DNA of 64,000 nt from an uncultured Pirellulaceae bacterium (GTDB taxonomy: Bacteria; Planctomycetota; Planctomycetia; Pirellulales; Pirellulaceae): positions 59,248-123,247 of the forward strand of contig CAYLLN010000002.1 of the NCBI GenBank assembly GCA_964384375.1. The letters are read 5' to 3'. The translations under genes and the position numbers were made by a program. A model generated the notes under the pieces. It was given only the letters and a program-made list of their open reading frames with translations. It made no database searches and was not told the origin of the DNA. This document shows positions 1 through 10,326 of the stretch, one piece after another; position 1 is the stretch's first letter; every line of letters begins with the position of its first letter.

Positions 1-2
1 CG

Positions 3-620
3 GTCGAGCGATTTCTTTTCGCCTCGTCGTCCACGGTCTATGGTCGCGGTGCGGCAGCACCGTTTGTGGAGGACGCGACGCTGGGCATTCCGGCCAGTCC
101 CTACGGCGCGAGCAAACGGGCCGGCGAGCTCCTCGGCTTCACCTACTGGCAATTGCACGGCGTGCCGTTCGTTTCGCTGCGATTCTTCAACGTCATCGGT
201 CCGCGTCTGCGGCCGGAACTCGCTCTGGCGGTGTTCACACGCAAGATTCTGTCTGGCGAGCCGCTGCCACTCTTTGGCGACGGTACGGTGCTCCGCGACT
301 TCACGCACGTCAGCGACATCTGCCGTGGGATCGTCATCGCGCTAAAAGCAGAAAACGTCGTCGGTCAGTCCATCAATCTGGGCAACGACCGGCCCATCAC
401 GATTCGCCGCCTGATCGAGCTGATCGAAGCGGCGGCTGGCAAAAAGGCGATCGTCGAGCAACGCCCGCCCCGCGGCGAGGACATGCCGCTCACGCACGCG
501 AGCCTGGAAAAGTCGCGTCGCCTTCTCGGTTACACCCCGACGGTCCCCGTCGAACAAGCCGTGGACGAATACGTCCGCTGGGCTCGCGCGGCGGCGGATG
601 GGTCATTCAGCAACCCATAG
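3..620 (+). CDS. NAD-dependent sugar-nucleotide epimerase/dehydratase (extended SDR), 5'-truncated by the window edge
   Basis: Frame 3 is open from nt 3. Translation reads ...FASSSTVYG...PFVED...SPYGASK (YxxxK catalytic motif)...RFFNVIGPR..., i.e. the C-terminal two-thirds of a GalE-like fold. Confidence 0.85.
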   Translation, partial: VERFLFASSSTVYGRGAAAPFVEDATLGIPASPYGASKRAGELLGFTYWQLHGVPFVSLRFFNVIGPRLRPELALAVFTRKILSGEPLPLFGDGTVLRDFTHVSDICRGIVIALKAENVVGQSINLGNDRPITIRRLIELIEAAAGKKAIVEQRPPRGEDMPLTHASLEKSRRLLGYTPTVPVEQAVDEYVRWARAAADGSFSNP

Positions 621-995
621 CGCCAATTGCGCGGCACCGGCCGTCTTCTTCTAAATCTCCGGCCGAGCGTTAGCTACCCGGCGATTCTTCAGGTCTGACG
701 CCAACTCTGCCAGCAGTATCGTTTCGGAGTTGTCATCCCTTGGTCCCCGACGCCGGCCACCCCGTGCTCGGAAGTCGGCCGATCACCTGGACTGGCGTAC
801 GCCTGCAATTCAGGACGGAAAGGCGTGTTTGCCGGCCATCCGCTCGAGCAGCTTGGCAAGCGGTCCGTCATAGCCGCTATAGCCGGCAGGTTCATTACGC
901 GATTGCCATCGTGCTCCACGAATTGAGCTAGGGTTGTGCGGCCCCCGCTGCGCGGCGGGTGTGCCCCGTCCCTTGCCGACGTCTGGAGCCTGCTC

Positions 996-1757
996 ATGTC
1001 CTCTGGTCTGTACACGCAGTCGCAATTCCCGTCCCCTCAGCAGCCCAATCAGCCGCAGTTTGGACCGCCACAAACCGCCGCGCCGCAATATGCCGCGCAA
1101 CAATTGTCAGCGCCTCGCCCCGCTGCCAGCAGCGGTAAGTTCTGGCTCGGTCTGCTCATGATCGGCGGCGGCATTGCATTGCTCTTCAGCCTGATGATCG
1201 TTGCCGCGGTGTGGTATGCCGTCGCCAGCCTGCAAGGGATGCTCGTCGGCATCGGTCGCGAGGCGATGGTTTCGATCGTCGAAACGTCGGCCATTCCCGC
1301 CGGCGAGCAGCAGGAAGTGATTGCCCAGATCGACCGTGTCGTTGCCGCCCATAAGGTTGGCGAAATCGATCAGACCGATCTCGACGCACTCATGACGCGG
1401 CTCGACGATTCCCCCGTGATGGTCTATATCGCCATGTACGGTGCCGACGAATTCTATATCGATGAACTCGGTCTCGCGGGTGCCGACGAGGAGCGCGTTC
1501 GTGCGGCCTATCGCCGGGCCCTGTATGCCGTCAGCTACGGAAACGCCGATCAGGACGAGCTGTTCCTGGCTCTGCCCGACGACGAACTGTTCGATCAAAA
1601 GCTCGCCGACAATCCCGACGAGGCCAAGGCCCTGCTCATGGCGTCAGTCGAGAAGTTCCACGACCTGGCCGACAAAGCGAATGTCCCGCCAGTGCCGCCG
1701 ACGATCGACATCGGCGACGAGGCGAAGAAGCTCGTCGATGAAATGCTCTCGCGGTAG
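996..1757 (+). CDS. hypothetical membrane-anchored protein with Q/P-rich N-terminus
   Basis: ATG at 996 inside ORF 936-1757. Q/P-rich segment followed by one hydrophobic helix (FWLGLLMIGGGIALLFSLMIVAAVWYAV) and an acidic C-terminal domain. No recognisable family. Confidence 0.55.
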   Translation: MSSGLYTQSQFPSPQQPNQPQFGPPQTAAPQYAAQQLSAPRPAASSGKFWLGLLMIGGGIALLFSLMIVAAVWYAVASLQGMLVGIGREAMVSIVETSAIPAGEQQEVIAQIDRVVAAHKVGEIDQTDLDALMTRLDDSPVMVYIAMYGADEFYIDELGLAGADEERVRAAYRRALYAVSYGNADQDELFLALPDDELFDQKLADNPDEAKALLMASVEKFHDLADKANVPPVPPTIDIGDEAKKLVDEMLSR

Positions 1758-1826
1758 TCAAGCCATTCAACGTAGGTCGGCGAGGCCCTTCGCCGACCAG
1801 CTTCTTGCTCGCTCGCCAAGCAGCCG

Positions 1827-2747
1827 CTACCTCCGCGGCACAAACTGCCTCAGGTACGTGCAGCTTTGCACGAGCGAGGCCTTCCGCAGTTCGAGCGTCC
1901 CTTCGTACGCCCGGTCCTCCACCTCCACGCACACCGGCCCCTGATAGCCCGTGTCGGTGAGGACCGAGAAGAACTGCCCCCAGTTCACATCGCCGAGGCC
2001 CGGCAGCTTGGGCGTGTGGTACTCGCTCGGATGGGCGAGGATGCCCACGTCGTCCAGCCGCTCGCGATCGAGCCGCACGTCCTTCGCGTGGACGTGAAAC
2101 AGCCGATCCTTGAACTCCCGCATCGGCCGCAGGTAATCCATCTGCTGCCAGATCATGTGCGACGGATCGTAGTTGAGCCCCAGGCTCGCCGAGCCGATGT
2201 CCGCAAACAGCCGCCGCCAAATCTTCGGGCTGGCGGCAATGTTCTTCCCGCCGGGCCACTCGTCCTTGCTGAACAGCATCGGGCAATGCTCGATGCCGAT
2301 CCGAATGCCGCTCCCCTCGGCGAACTTCACGAGCGGCTTCCACACCTCGAGCAGCCGCGGCCAGTTGTCATCGACCGACTTGGTCCAGTCGCGACCGATG
2401 AACGTGTTGACGGTCGATAGGCCGAGCAGCGCCGCCGCCTGAATCACCTTTCGCAGATGGCTCACCGCCAGTTCGCTCTCGGCAGCGTTCGGCGAGAGCG
2501 GATTGGGGTAGTAGCCGAGCGCACTGATCGACACGCCCGCGTCGGCCGTGACCCGCCGCACCTCGGCCGCCTTCGCCGTCGTGAAGTCGGTCGCATCGAC
2601 GTGCGTCACGCCGGCATACCGCCGCTCCGCCTTGCTCACCGGCCAGCACATCAGCTCGACACAGTCGAACCCGCTCGCCGCCGCGACCTGGGCCACCTCC
2701 GCCAGCGAAAGCTCCGGCAGGATCGCACTGACAAAACCAAGTTGCAT
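1827..2747 (-). CDS. sugar phosphate isomerase/epimerase (xylose isomerase-like TIM barrel)
   Basis: 306-aa ORF. N-terminus [32 protein letters not shown] and later IGIEHCP, HVHAKD and VEVED segments are typical of the AP-endonuclease-2/xylose-isomerase-like TIM barrel family. Confidence 0.8.
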   Translation of the reverse strand: MQLGFVSAILPELSLAEVAQVAAASGFDCVELMCWPVSKAERRYAGVTHVDATDFTTAKAAEVRRVTADAGVSISALGYYPNPLSPNAAESELAVSHLRKVIQAAALLGLSTVNTFIGRDWTKSVDDNWPRLLEVWKPLVKFAEGSGIRIGIEHCPMLFSKDEWPGGKNIAASPKIWRRLFADIGSASLGLNYDPSHMIWQQMDYLRPMREFKDRLFHVHAKDVRLDRERLDDVGILAHPSEYHTPKLPGLGDVNWGQFFSVLTDTGYQGPVCVEVEDRAYEGTLELRKASLVQSCTYLRQFVPRR

Positions 2748-2774
2748 CGCTCGCTACTCCCAGTTGCACGCCCG

Positions 2775-3551
2775 TAGGTCCAGCCTGTCTGTAGGTCCGT
2801 CTTGCCGAGGCGGACCTCCGCTGGCCGTCAACATAGCCGCGACCACCGGTCGCGCGAAAGGCGTCAGCCCCCAAAGCCGCGACCATTGGTCGCGTTGTCT
2901 TGCCTCCCCGGAAGGGCGAGGCTGCCGCCGAGCCGCCTACTCGTAGGTCCACCCAGCCGGGGCGGACCTCTGCTTCCGGCGAGCGTGGGGCGTCAGCCCC
3001 ATGAGTTCAAGTAGGTTTGCCCTGCCGGGCCGGACCTCCACTCCTCAAGGTGGCCCACTACCCAAAGCATTCATCTCCTGAACAGCCCCGCGCCAACAAC
3101 CAACCATTCATACTTTTCGCGCTTTCGTCATCGCGCCCAGGGATATGAATCGCCGTAACTCGCAGCCAGCCAACGTCTTGGCGAATTACTCCCGACACCC
3201 CAAGTATGACTTTTATTCCCCGGTCCATGCCTCCCGCGGGCCTTCTGAACATTCCTTAACTAGGGAGTGTTCACCGCTGCCATCCTGTTGCTGGTGCGTC
3301 CCGACGGCCCGGCGGGACAGCACATCGGATCTCGTCGCTTGCCCACCAGCGCACCGTAAATTGCCGCACAGGCGCACCACGACCGTGCCATTCTGGCAGT
3401 CGCCACGATTAGTGTACAAAAACTGCAATTCGTGTGCCACGCCCGTAGGTCCGCCCTGCCGGGGCGGACCTCTGCTTCCATCGGTCGCTGGATCAACATA
3501 GCCGCGACCATTGGTCGCGTTGTATGGGAGATCGACGCTCCCGCCGAGCCG
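2775..3551. repeat. REP-like mosaic in an ~880-bp non-coding gap (modules A, B, C)
   Basis: Module A is the hairpin GTAGGTCCGCCCnGCCGGGGCGGACCTC, at 2791-2818, 2943-2977, 3011-3039 and 3445-3479. Module B is the palindrome GCGACCAnnGGTCGC, at 2839-2853, 2879-2893 and 3504-3518. Module C is GGGCGAGGCTnCCGCCGAGCCG, at 2914-2935 and 3537-3551. Confidence 0.85.
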
Positions 3552-3628
3552 TGGGGCAGGCGTCCCGCCTGCCAAGCCGCACCGCTCCCTCATTCCGCAC
3601 TCCGCAATCCGAACTCCGCACTTCCTCC

Positions 3629-6600
3629 TCACTCAATCATCCGCCGCAGCTGCACGCAGTTATCCGTATTCAGCTTTTGCCCATGCACATATCCCACCGG
3701 CACGCTCCGGTCGATGATCGAAAAGAACCGATGCCGCCGAATCTCTCCCGAGTCGGCCCCAATCTCCGGCCCCAGCCGCAACCCATCGGGATGCGCGGCA
3801 TTCACCACGGTCACGCCCCCCTGCACGTTATCCTCCACCTCGAAATATCCGATCGTCATCCACACCGCAAACACGTTCGAATGGGTCGTGAACGTATTCC
3901 CCAGCTTCTGCAACGCCTGATAGCGGAAGTAGGCGTTGCGGCGGGCATCCTGGTGGACTTGCGTCGCCCCCTGATTGTCGAATAGCGGCTGCGTGGCGGT
4001 GTCGGGATCGGGCCGCAAGAGCGTCGATTCCACGGGTGTCGCCCGTCGCATCGGCACTCCGCTGACCGCGATGTTTGGCATCAGGTCCGCGGCATCGCTC
4101 GGCCGGAACGGATTGCCAAACAGCGTCGGAATCGGATTGCCCGAGCCATCGGTCAGGCCGAGTGGCCCGCCCGTGAACCCCCGGCGGCTACGGCTGACCT
4201 TGTCCACAAAGGGCTGCGTATTCATCCCCGGGAACTGGCCAATCGCCGAACTCCACACTTCGCTGTCAAAAATCGTATTGATATTGATCAAGCCCGGATC
4301 GCGGAATCGCGACATCTTGTTGAACGGCGGCCGGAACAAGCCCGCCGCGCCAAAGTTCGCCGGGTTGTACCATCGCTCCGCACCCGTATAAGGCGACGGC
4401 ACTTCGACATAGTCGAGCAGCCGGTGCCACTGCGGCGAATTGGCGACGGACGCGTCGCTGTGGAAGAAGTTATTGAGGTGCATGAACGGCGCTCGCAAGT
4501 TCTGCGGTTGGCCGTTGTTGTAAACGCTGTTCGCCCCTGCTGGCAGAAAAGTCCCCAGGCCCGACGAGAACTCGACAAACCGACGCGACGGCGAGCTCGA
4601 CGGCACCTGCAACAATTCGAACGGATTGGCAAACGGCCGATTCAAATGCACCAGCCACGGCGCGGTCACTCCCACGGAGGAATCGACCTCGCCCAGATAG
4701 CCGGTCATCGCATTGAGCGGCGTTCCCACGGTCGGATTGAGAAACGGCAGCGAGTGCCGCGTGTTGTCCAGGCTCGGACGGAACCAAAGGCTGGCCGGTC
4801 CGGTCGGAACGCCGTTGTCATTAGGGGCATCGGTCCAGGCTGGCCACGGGTTAACCGGCGTGACCGGCGCACCTTGCGGAATTCCCCGCTGTCGCGTCGC
4901 CCACTTCATATTCGGGCGGCCCATCTGGGGATCGGAGGGGTCCAGATCTGTCATGTTGGCCTGGCGGTCCGTGTCCTCCTCGCCCGTGAATACCGTCACG
5001 TCGAGCGCCGCCCAATCGACCGTAATGTACGGGTTGCTCGCCGCGTTGTACGGCAAGAGCGGATTGGCCAGCCGCTGCAAATACATCGACGCCGCGTCGG
5101 TGTACGTCCCGGTCTGCGTCATCTGCGCTTCGCCGAGCGGGAAATTGCCGCGACTGTCGTACGGCTCATCGGGAAACGTCTTCTGCGGCGTTTCGGGATT
5201 GTCGTAGAGGTCAGCCGGAAAATTCCCCATCGCCGGCGGCGGATTCGGCAACGGTTCGGGATAGTACACGCCGGACAATGGCTCAGTAATGTTTAGACCG
5301 ATCGACGTAGCCGTTCCCCACACCGCGCCATTGATCGCGTCGGTCGGCGTTCCTTGCACATTGGCCACGATCGGAATTGCCACACGAATTTGCGTACCAA
5401 CTCCCTGCGTCGTCACGGTGCCGCTGGTGTCGGTGATCGTCATTCCGCCCGGTCCAAGCGTCAGGGTTTGCTGCGAGAAATCACCCCAGGCTTGTTCCTC
5501 GGCCGGATTCGGCGGCACCGTGGCCGGCGGTCCAACGGTCGCCGGATTGTGCGAGCCGAGGTACGTGAGCGCACGTGGCCCCACGATCGCATACTGCCCC
5601 GGTTCGAGCAGCGGATAAGCATTGAACGTGTTGTCCGCATAGAAGCTGCCGGTGGCGAGGGGGGACGCGCCGACGGTAGCCGCCAGATTGGCCTGCGTAT
5701 TGAACCACAGGTAACGCTCGAGCGGCACCGTACCCGGTGGGCCGGTCGGCACATTGTTCGTCCAGTTGCCGGCGACCAGGCTCACATCCCGCGGCTGATC
5801 AATCGGCGCGGGAGATGTCGCCTCAAACGAGCCACTCTCCAACCGTTCGGCCCCACCTCCAACCGTCGCCATCACGTTCGGTTTGATAGCATTCGGAAAA
5901 TCAGCGTTGACGTCGTTATAGCTCAGCTCCGAAAACGCGATTCGCCACACGGGCCAACCGTCAGGGGCAAGCTTGCCCAGTTCCAATTGGCCACCCGCAT
6001 TGTACAGCTCGCGCGGCCAACGGGGCTTTTGGTTCGCGAACCCCGCTCCGGCCCAGTTCCAACCACGCGTGCAATACAGTTCGATAAAGACCGAACCCTC
6101 GGGGCGGCGATACTGATCGAGGTCATCGTCCGGATTGGTCGTCGCCGTTCGCAACTCTTGATCGCCACCATCGTCGTCGGTATCTCGCACGCGTCGATCA
6201 TGGAACACCAGCGACTCATTCAGCAGCAGCTCGGGACTCTCCACACCCCAGACCAATCGTCGCTCAGGATGCGTGTCGTCAGGAGAGGTTCCGCCCACAA
6301 TCCCATCCACGATCCAGCCGTTCCAAGGATTGATGTCGTATTCAAACGGCGTCATGATCGCGTCGCTGTCGCGGAAATCGACCACATTGACCGCCCATTG
6401 CGCGATGCGGCGGATGTACAGCTCTCGCTTCTGCTGTGGTGTCAGAGTTCCTTCGTGCGGAAAGTTGGCGTTGAAGTTCGTGTTGTCGAAGAACAGCATC
6501 ACCAGGCAGAACAAATGCCGGGCATAAAGCTGCCGGGCCATCGCCCGGTCGAACGAGTTCACCGCACCGTCGCCGTTCACATCCACGCCGTTCGCGTGCT

Positions 6601-9127
6601 CGGCGTTGATCCCCGTGAATCCAGTCGGGCCACCCAGCCACGCCGTCTCGCGCGGTCCGTTATACGGTGCCACGTTGTAAGGGTTGGCGTTGCCCGGATC
6701 TGCGAACGATTCCGTTGGGTCGTCGTTCACGAAGTCCCCTGTCGAATCAAATCCGTCCCCCAGCCAGCGGTTGATGTTGAACTTCCCGCCATGCCGCAAT
6801 TCCCACGGCACGATTTTGTAGAAATCTTGGGCCACGTTCGTCGAACCGCCGCCGGTGAGCCGCTGCACGTACAGGTCGAGAATCGTCCTCTGACCCGGCA
6901 CATTGTTCTCGCGGTTGATCTGCGTGACGGCTGCTGCACCCGAGACGGATGGCGGCGCGACCGTGCCCGGCACTGGCAGGGATGCGCCGTGCGTTCGGAA
7001 ACGTTCGCGGTTGTCGTGCGTGCCGTCGATGAAGCCCGGCGCGCTGTTCAGGTAGCCCGCGGCAGCGACCAGCGGCCGGCTGGGCAGGTACTGCGCATCG
7101 GGATCGTGATGCCGCAAGAGCCGCTCCATCTCGACCAACGTGTACGGCGAATCGGCGTTCGTCAGCTCGCCGGAAAGCGAAATCTCATATGGATTGTCGA
7201 GCATTTCGTTGTTCAGGCCCGAGTAGGTGCTGATCGGCTGGCCGCCGTAATCGAGGACGTACGCCCCGCGCCCCCAGACGTCGGGCGGACTCGAATACCA
7301 GTTCCCCTCGCCCGGATAGTTGTTCGGCACGCCGTGCAGTTTCACGATCGAGAAGCCGTCGCGCTGATTGGGAATGCCCGGACCCGCCGTGTTGCCGGTA
7401 TCAACCGTCGGGCCAAGGCCGGTCAGATTCGACGCATAACGCTGCCGCAAGATGTTCTCGTAAGTGGCAACGTCGGGAACTCCGCCGCTGGAAAAGATGT
7501 TGACGAGATTCACCTCCGCCGGGCCGAAGCCGACGCCGCGCGGAAGTTGCGCGTTGTTGGCCAGGCCGAGCGTCACATTGGTTTGCACCAAATGATTCGG
7601 CTGCAGCTGCGCCAGGTTCCCATGCGTGTTCAGGTCGAGCCGCCCGTCCATGTCCTTGACCAGAATCGCCACCAGCCGCTTGTAGCGCTTGCCGTCGGGC
7701 GACGTGACCACCGGCAGGCCTGGATCAATCCAGATGCTGTCGGGCGTTTGATCGTTGTCGTTGTCCACATCCCACAGATTGGCGACGACGGGAGGTAGCA
7801 TCATCGGCTGAGGAGCCGGCGCATCCGTCGGATCACGCTTGAGGCCACGCAGATGGAGCAGAATGTCCGCATTCGTCGAATCGAACGCTGGATTACTCCC
7901 CGTGAAATTCGGATGATCCCACGGCATGGGCCTAAAAATGCAACCTCGCGTGATCGAATAGATTCGGTCCAATTGTTCGATGGGAACTGTCGCGTCATCG
8001 ACCCCCGGTTCCCGGATACCATTGGGACCATAAGGCTGGGAAATGTACTGGTACTGGTCGGCGGGCTGATTCACACCGGCGGGAGCCAGGATGCTGTTAT
8101 TGATGTACGTCAACCAATAATTCACCAGCTCCTGCCGGTGATATGATGGCAGGATCGGCAAGTCGTTGTTTGCCGCGTTGTCGGAATTCAACCGCGCGGC
8201 GGTTGGCGGGACCATCGCCAAAAACATGTTCTGATAATCGACGGCATCCCACGATTCGTCGTGATGCGTGGCATTCAAATACGCATCAACTCCGGCTTGC
8301 TGGGCCACCCCGTTCAGGAAAATCTGGCCGCGCGTCGGATCGTAGCCGTTGAAGTGCGGCAAGAGTGAAACCAGATCGAGTGTCGGCGGCGCGGGAGTAA
8401 TCGACGCGAAAGACAGGTCGCCGTACTGCGCGTCCATGTTCTCCTGACCGCCGCCGGCATAGTCATAACCTGCCCCCGGCCCGTTGAACGGCGCGCCGTT
8501 GATCGCAAAGTGATTGTTCAGCACCGGCTGGTTGATCGTCTCGTGGGCCGAGTAGTCGAGTTCGATAATAAACTGGGGCCCGCCAGCCATCGTCGGATCG
8601 TACTGCAGGATGCGGGCGCTATAGTTCGCCGCCGGCCCTTCGGTGAACGTCAGCACGCGGCCGCTGTAGTAATCGAGTATCTCAATGAGCGGCCCACCTT
8701 GCGATTGCAAGGCCGTGGGAAGCACCTGAAACGCATATGCCTGGCCCCCCCAGAAAAAGCCGTTATTGGGAGCAGCCGTCGAAAAGACCTTGGTGTTGTT
8801 GGTGGTGTTTCCGTCCGCGTCCGTGTTATAGACCGTGTCGTTCCCATACAAGTCTCCCAGCAGGCTGTGATACCGCATTGCCGAGCGAGCCGCCGTGTCG
8901 TAAAGCAACTGCCCCAGGACCAGGTCGAACTCCTTCTCGGGGAGGTCGCCATATTCATTTTGGCGCACTTCGATCTTCGTCGTCTGGAAGTAGTTCGTCG
9001 CCAGGATGGCATACGTCACGCCAATCAGCAAAAACAGCGCGAGGAGCGACACGACGAGGAGCAGGATCACGCCCCGCTTCCGCTTCCCCTTTGCGGCTGA
9101 CAACTTGCCGACATTGTTCGACGCCAT
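3629..9127 (-). CDS. giant (1832 aa) GspK-like minor pseudopilin / fibre-tip protein
   Basis: The N-terminus KRKRG-VILLLVVSLLALFLLIGVTYAILA resembles the GspK leader plus hydrophobic helix and lacks Glu at +5. IAQWAVNVVDFRDSD (~6362-6385) resembles the GspK DWxDxD motif. DPGLININTIFDSEVW (~4274-4297) resembles the GspK INxNTA motif. The C-terminal SNVFAVWMTIGYFEV...RRHRFFSIIDRS looks like pilin-type beta strands. It is the last gene of the pseudopilin operon. Confidence 0.6.
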   Translation of the reverse strand: MASNNVGKLSAAKGKRKRGVILLLVVSLLALFLLIGVTYAILATNYFQTTKIEVRQNEYGDLPEKEFDLVLGQLLYDTAARSAMRYHSLLGDLYGNDTVYNTDADGNTTNNTKVFSTAAPNNGFFWGGQAYAFQVLPTALQSQGGPLIEILDYYSGRVLTFTEGPAANYSARILQYDPTMAGGPQFIIELDYSAHETINQPVLNNHFAINGAPFNGPGAGYDYAGGGQENMDAQYGDLSFASITPAPPTLDLVSLLPHFNGYDPTRGQIFLNGVAQQAGVDAYLNATHHDESWDAVDYQNMFLAMVPPTAARLNSDNAANNDLPILPSYHRQELVNYWLTYINNSILAPAGVNQPADQYQYISQPYGPNGIREPGVDDATVPIEQLDRIYSITRGCIFRPMPWDHPNFTGSNPAFDSTNADILLHLRGLKRDPTDAPAPQPMMLPPVVANLWDVDNDNDQTPDSIWIDPGLPVVTSPDGKRYKRLVAILVKDMDGRLDLNTHGNLAQLQPNHLVQTNVTLGLANNAQLPRGVGFGPAEVNLVNIFSSGGVPDVATYENILRQRYASNLTGLGPTVDTGNTAGPGIPNQRDGFSIVKLHGVPNNYPGEGNWYSSPPDVWGRGAYVLDYGGQPISTYSGLNNEMLDNPYEISLSGELTNADSPYTLVEMERLLRHHDPDAQYLPSRPLVAAAGYLNSAPGFIDGTHDNRERFRTHGASLPVPGTVAPPSVSGAAAVTQINRENNVPGQRTILDLYVQRLTGGGSTNVAQDFYKIVPWELRHGGKFNINRWLGDGFDSTGDFVNDDPTESFADPGNANPYNVAPYNGPRETAWLGGPTGFTGINAEHANGVDVNGDGAVNSFDRAMARQLYARHLFCLVMLFFDNTNFNANFPHEGTLTPQQKRELYIRRIAQWAVNVVDFRDSDAIMTPFEYDINPWNGWIVDGIVGGTSPDDTHPERRLVWGVESPELLLNESLVFHDRRVRDTDDDGGDQELRTATTNPDDDLDQYRRPEGSVFIELYCTRGWNWAGAGFANQKPRWPRELYNAGGQLELGKLAPDGWPVWRIAFSELSYNDVNADFPNAIKPNVMATVGGGAERLESGSFEATSPAPIDQPRDVSLVAGNWTNNVPTGPPGTVPLERYLWFNTQANLAATVGASPLATGSFYADNTFNAYPLLEPGQYAIVGPRALTYLGSHNPATVGPPATVPPNPAEEQAWGDFSQQTLTLGPGGMTITDTSGTVTTQGVGTQIRVAIPIVANVQGTPTDAINGAVWGTATSIGLNITEPLSGVYYPEPLPNPPPAMGNFPADLYDNPETPQKTFPDEPYDSRGNFPLGEAQMTQTGTYTDAASMYLQRLANPLLPYNAASNPYITVDWAALDVTVFTGEEDTDRQANMTDLDPSDPQMGRPNMKWATRQRGIPQGAPVTPVNPWPAWTDAPNDNGVPTGPASLWFRPSLDNTRHSLPFLNPTVGTPLNAMTGYLGEVDSSVGVTAPWLVHLNRPFANPFELLQVPSSSPSRRFVEFSSGLGTFLPAGANSVYNNGQPQNLRAPFMHLNNFFHSDASVANSPQWHRLLDYVEVPSPYTGAERWYNPANFGAAGLFRPPFNKMSRFRDPGLININTIFDSEVWSSAIGQFPGMNTQPFVDKVSRSRRGFTGGPLGLTDGSGNPIPTLFGNPFRPSDAADLMPNIAVSGVPMRRATPVESTLLRPDPDTATQPLFDNQGATQVHQDARRNAYFRYQALQKLGNTFTTHSNVFAVWMTIGYFEVEDNVQGGVTVVNAAHPDGLRLGPEIGADSGEIRRHRFFSIIDRSVPVGYVHGQKLNTDNCVQLRRMIE

Positions 9128-9156
9128 GGCTCTGCTCTCTCTGTTCGCGGAAATTG

Positions 9157-9226
9157 TCAGTGGCTAGTGGCTAGTCAAGAAACTATTCCGACCCTCACTG
9201 ACAACTGACAACTAACAACTGACAAG
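9157..9226. repeat. short word tandem repeats in the intergenic leader of the giant gene
   Basis: CAGTGGCTAGTGGCTAGTC (9157-9176) and CTGACAACTGACAACTAACAACTGACAAG (9198-9226), between the stop at 9229 and the start at 9127. Confidence 0.8.
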
Positions 9227-9228
9227 CC

Positions 9229-10326
9229 TCATTCCAGCCGAATCGTCTTCTCATACACGCCGACGACCCCTTCGACGACGACGGCGCGCGGGTTCGTCGC
9301 CGTCGTGTCCCAGTCGGAGCCGGCCAGCGTGACGTACCGCTCGTAATTGGTTCCGTTGTACGTGACCTCGGCTTCGGTATCGCTCACACGGTACCACTTG
9401 AACGTGGGAACCAAGGTCGATTGTGCGTTGGAGACGCGCCCCGACAACATCAACCAGTCGTTCGGCCGCAGGTTGAGCGCCGCCTCGGTTGCTGCGGTGA
9501 GTAGCACCTCGCCGCCGCCGACGCCGCCGCCCGTGAAACCGACGTTCACCGTTCGTTCGTCGGCCAGGGAAAACGTCGCGGCCCCCTCGTCATAGCCGAA
9601 GCTCGTCGGTCGGTCGTAGAACACGACGATCGACAGCACGTAGTTCTCGTTGAAGGTTGCCGTATAACGTTCGAGCTTCGGTACTACCGTCGCCATCCAC
9701 GACATGTGACCGTCCGTGAGACGCCGGGCACGTGTGCCAACGACCGAAGGCAAGTCCTCAAATTCCTGCGTCGGCGCGAGCGAGTTGTCGTCGGGCCGCT
9801 GGTAGGTGAGATCATCACTAATGGTGAAGACCGAATCCGCCAGTAGCTTCCCCATTGGTTGTGTCGTTGGGCCGTTGTTGCTGACCGTGCAGCGCAGCAT
9901 GGCTGCTTCACCGGTCGTCGCGTCGTAAGGAAACTGCCTCGCACCAGTACGGCGTGCCGGAGTAGCGTCATTGGCCGCGATCATCCGCGGATCGATGCAG
10001 AATGCGTTGCCATAAACGAATGGCAGCGAAGCCAGCGGCATTCCCGACACCAGCCGATATTGCGGCGTTCCGTTGGGATCCCAGGCAATCCACGACGACA
10101 TCCCGCGCCGCATGCCGCGGGCGTCGAATTCGTGAACGCAGGTCATGGCGGCGACGGCCGTGGCGTCGTTGATTCGCCCCTTGCGGGCCTGGGAGCTGGC
10201 GACGGGGAGCAAGGCCAACGCGCCGAACAGGCCGATCGTCGTCACCAGGATGGCGAACAGCACCTCGATGAGGCTCACGCCGCGGCGCAACTTGGAACCT
10301 GAAACTTGGAACTTGGAACGTTGCAT
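9229..10326 (-). CDS. prepilin-type N-terminal domain protein, large minor pseudopilin (GspJ position)
   Basis: ATG at 10326 overlaps the upstream stop (TGATG). Leader MQRSKFQVSGSKLRRG followed by VSLIEVLFAILVTTIGLFGALALL, with Glu at +5. An alternative in-frame TTG at 10290 would give the leader MRRG. Confidence 0.7.
   Translation of the reverse strand: MQRSKFQVSGSKLRRGVSLIEVLFAILVTTIGLFGALALLPVASSQARKGRINDATAVAAMTCVHEFDARGMRRGMSSWIAWDPNGTPQYRLVSGMPLASLPFVYGNAFCIDPRMIAANDATPARRTGARQFPYDATTGEAAMLRCTVSNNGPTTQPMGKLLADSVFTISDDLTYQRPDDNSLAPTQEFEDLPSVVGTRARRLTDGHMSWMATVVPKLERYTATFNENYVLSIVVFYDRPTSFGYDEGAATFSLADERTVNVGFTGGGVGGGEVLLTAATEAALNLRPNDWLMLSGRVSNAQSTLVPTFKWYRVSDTEAEVTYNGTNYERYVTLAGSDWDTTATNPRAVVVEGVVGVYEKTIRLE

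Noticed and set aside
689-1103. Two overlapping small minus-strand ORFs in the 620-995 gap (e.g. ...GYSGYDGPLAKLLERMAGKHAF)
   Set aside because: This is possibly a decayed gene fragment, but I could not match it to any family and the two pieces are in different frames. Too weak to call.
5354-7798. 814-aa ORF on the plus strand inside the giant gene
   Set aside because: It is antisense to a gene with clear protein-like motifs. Its translation is Arg/His/Val-rich with no motifs. This is the typical stop-free mirror frame of high-GC coding DNA.
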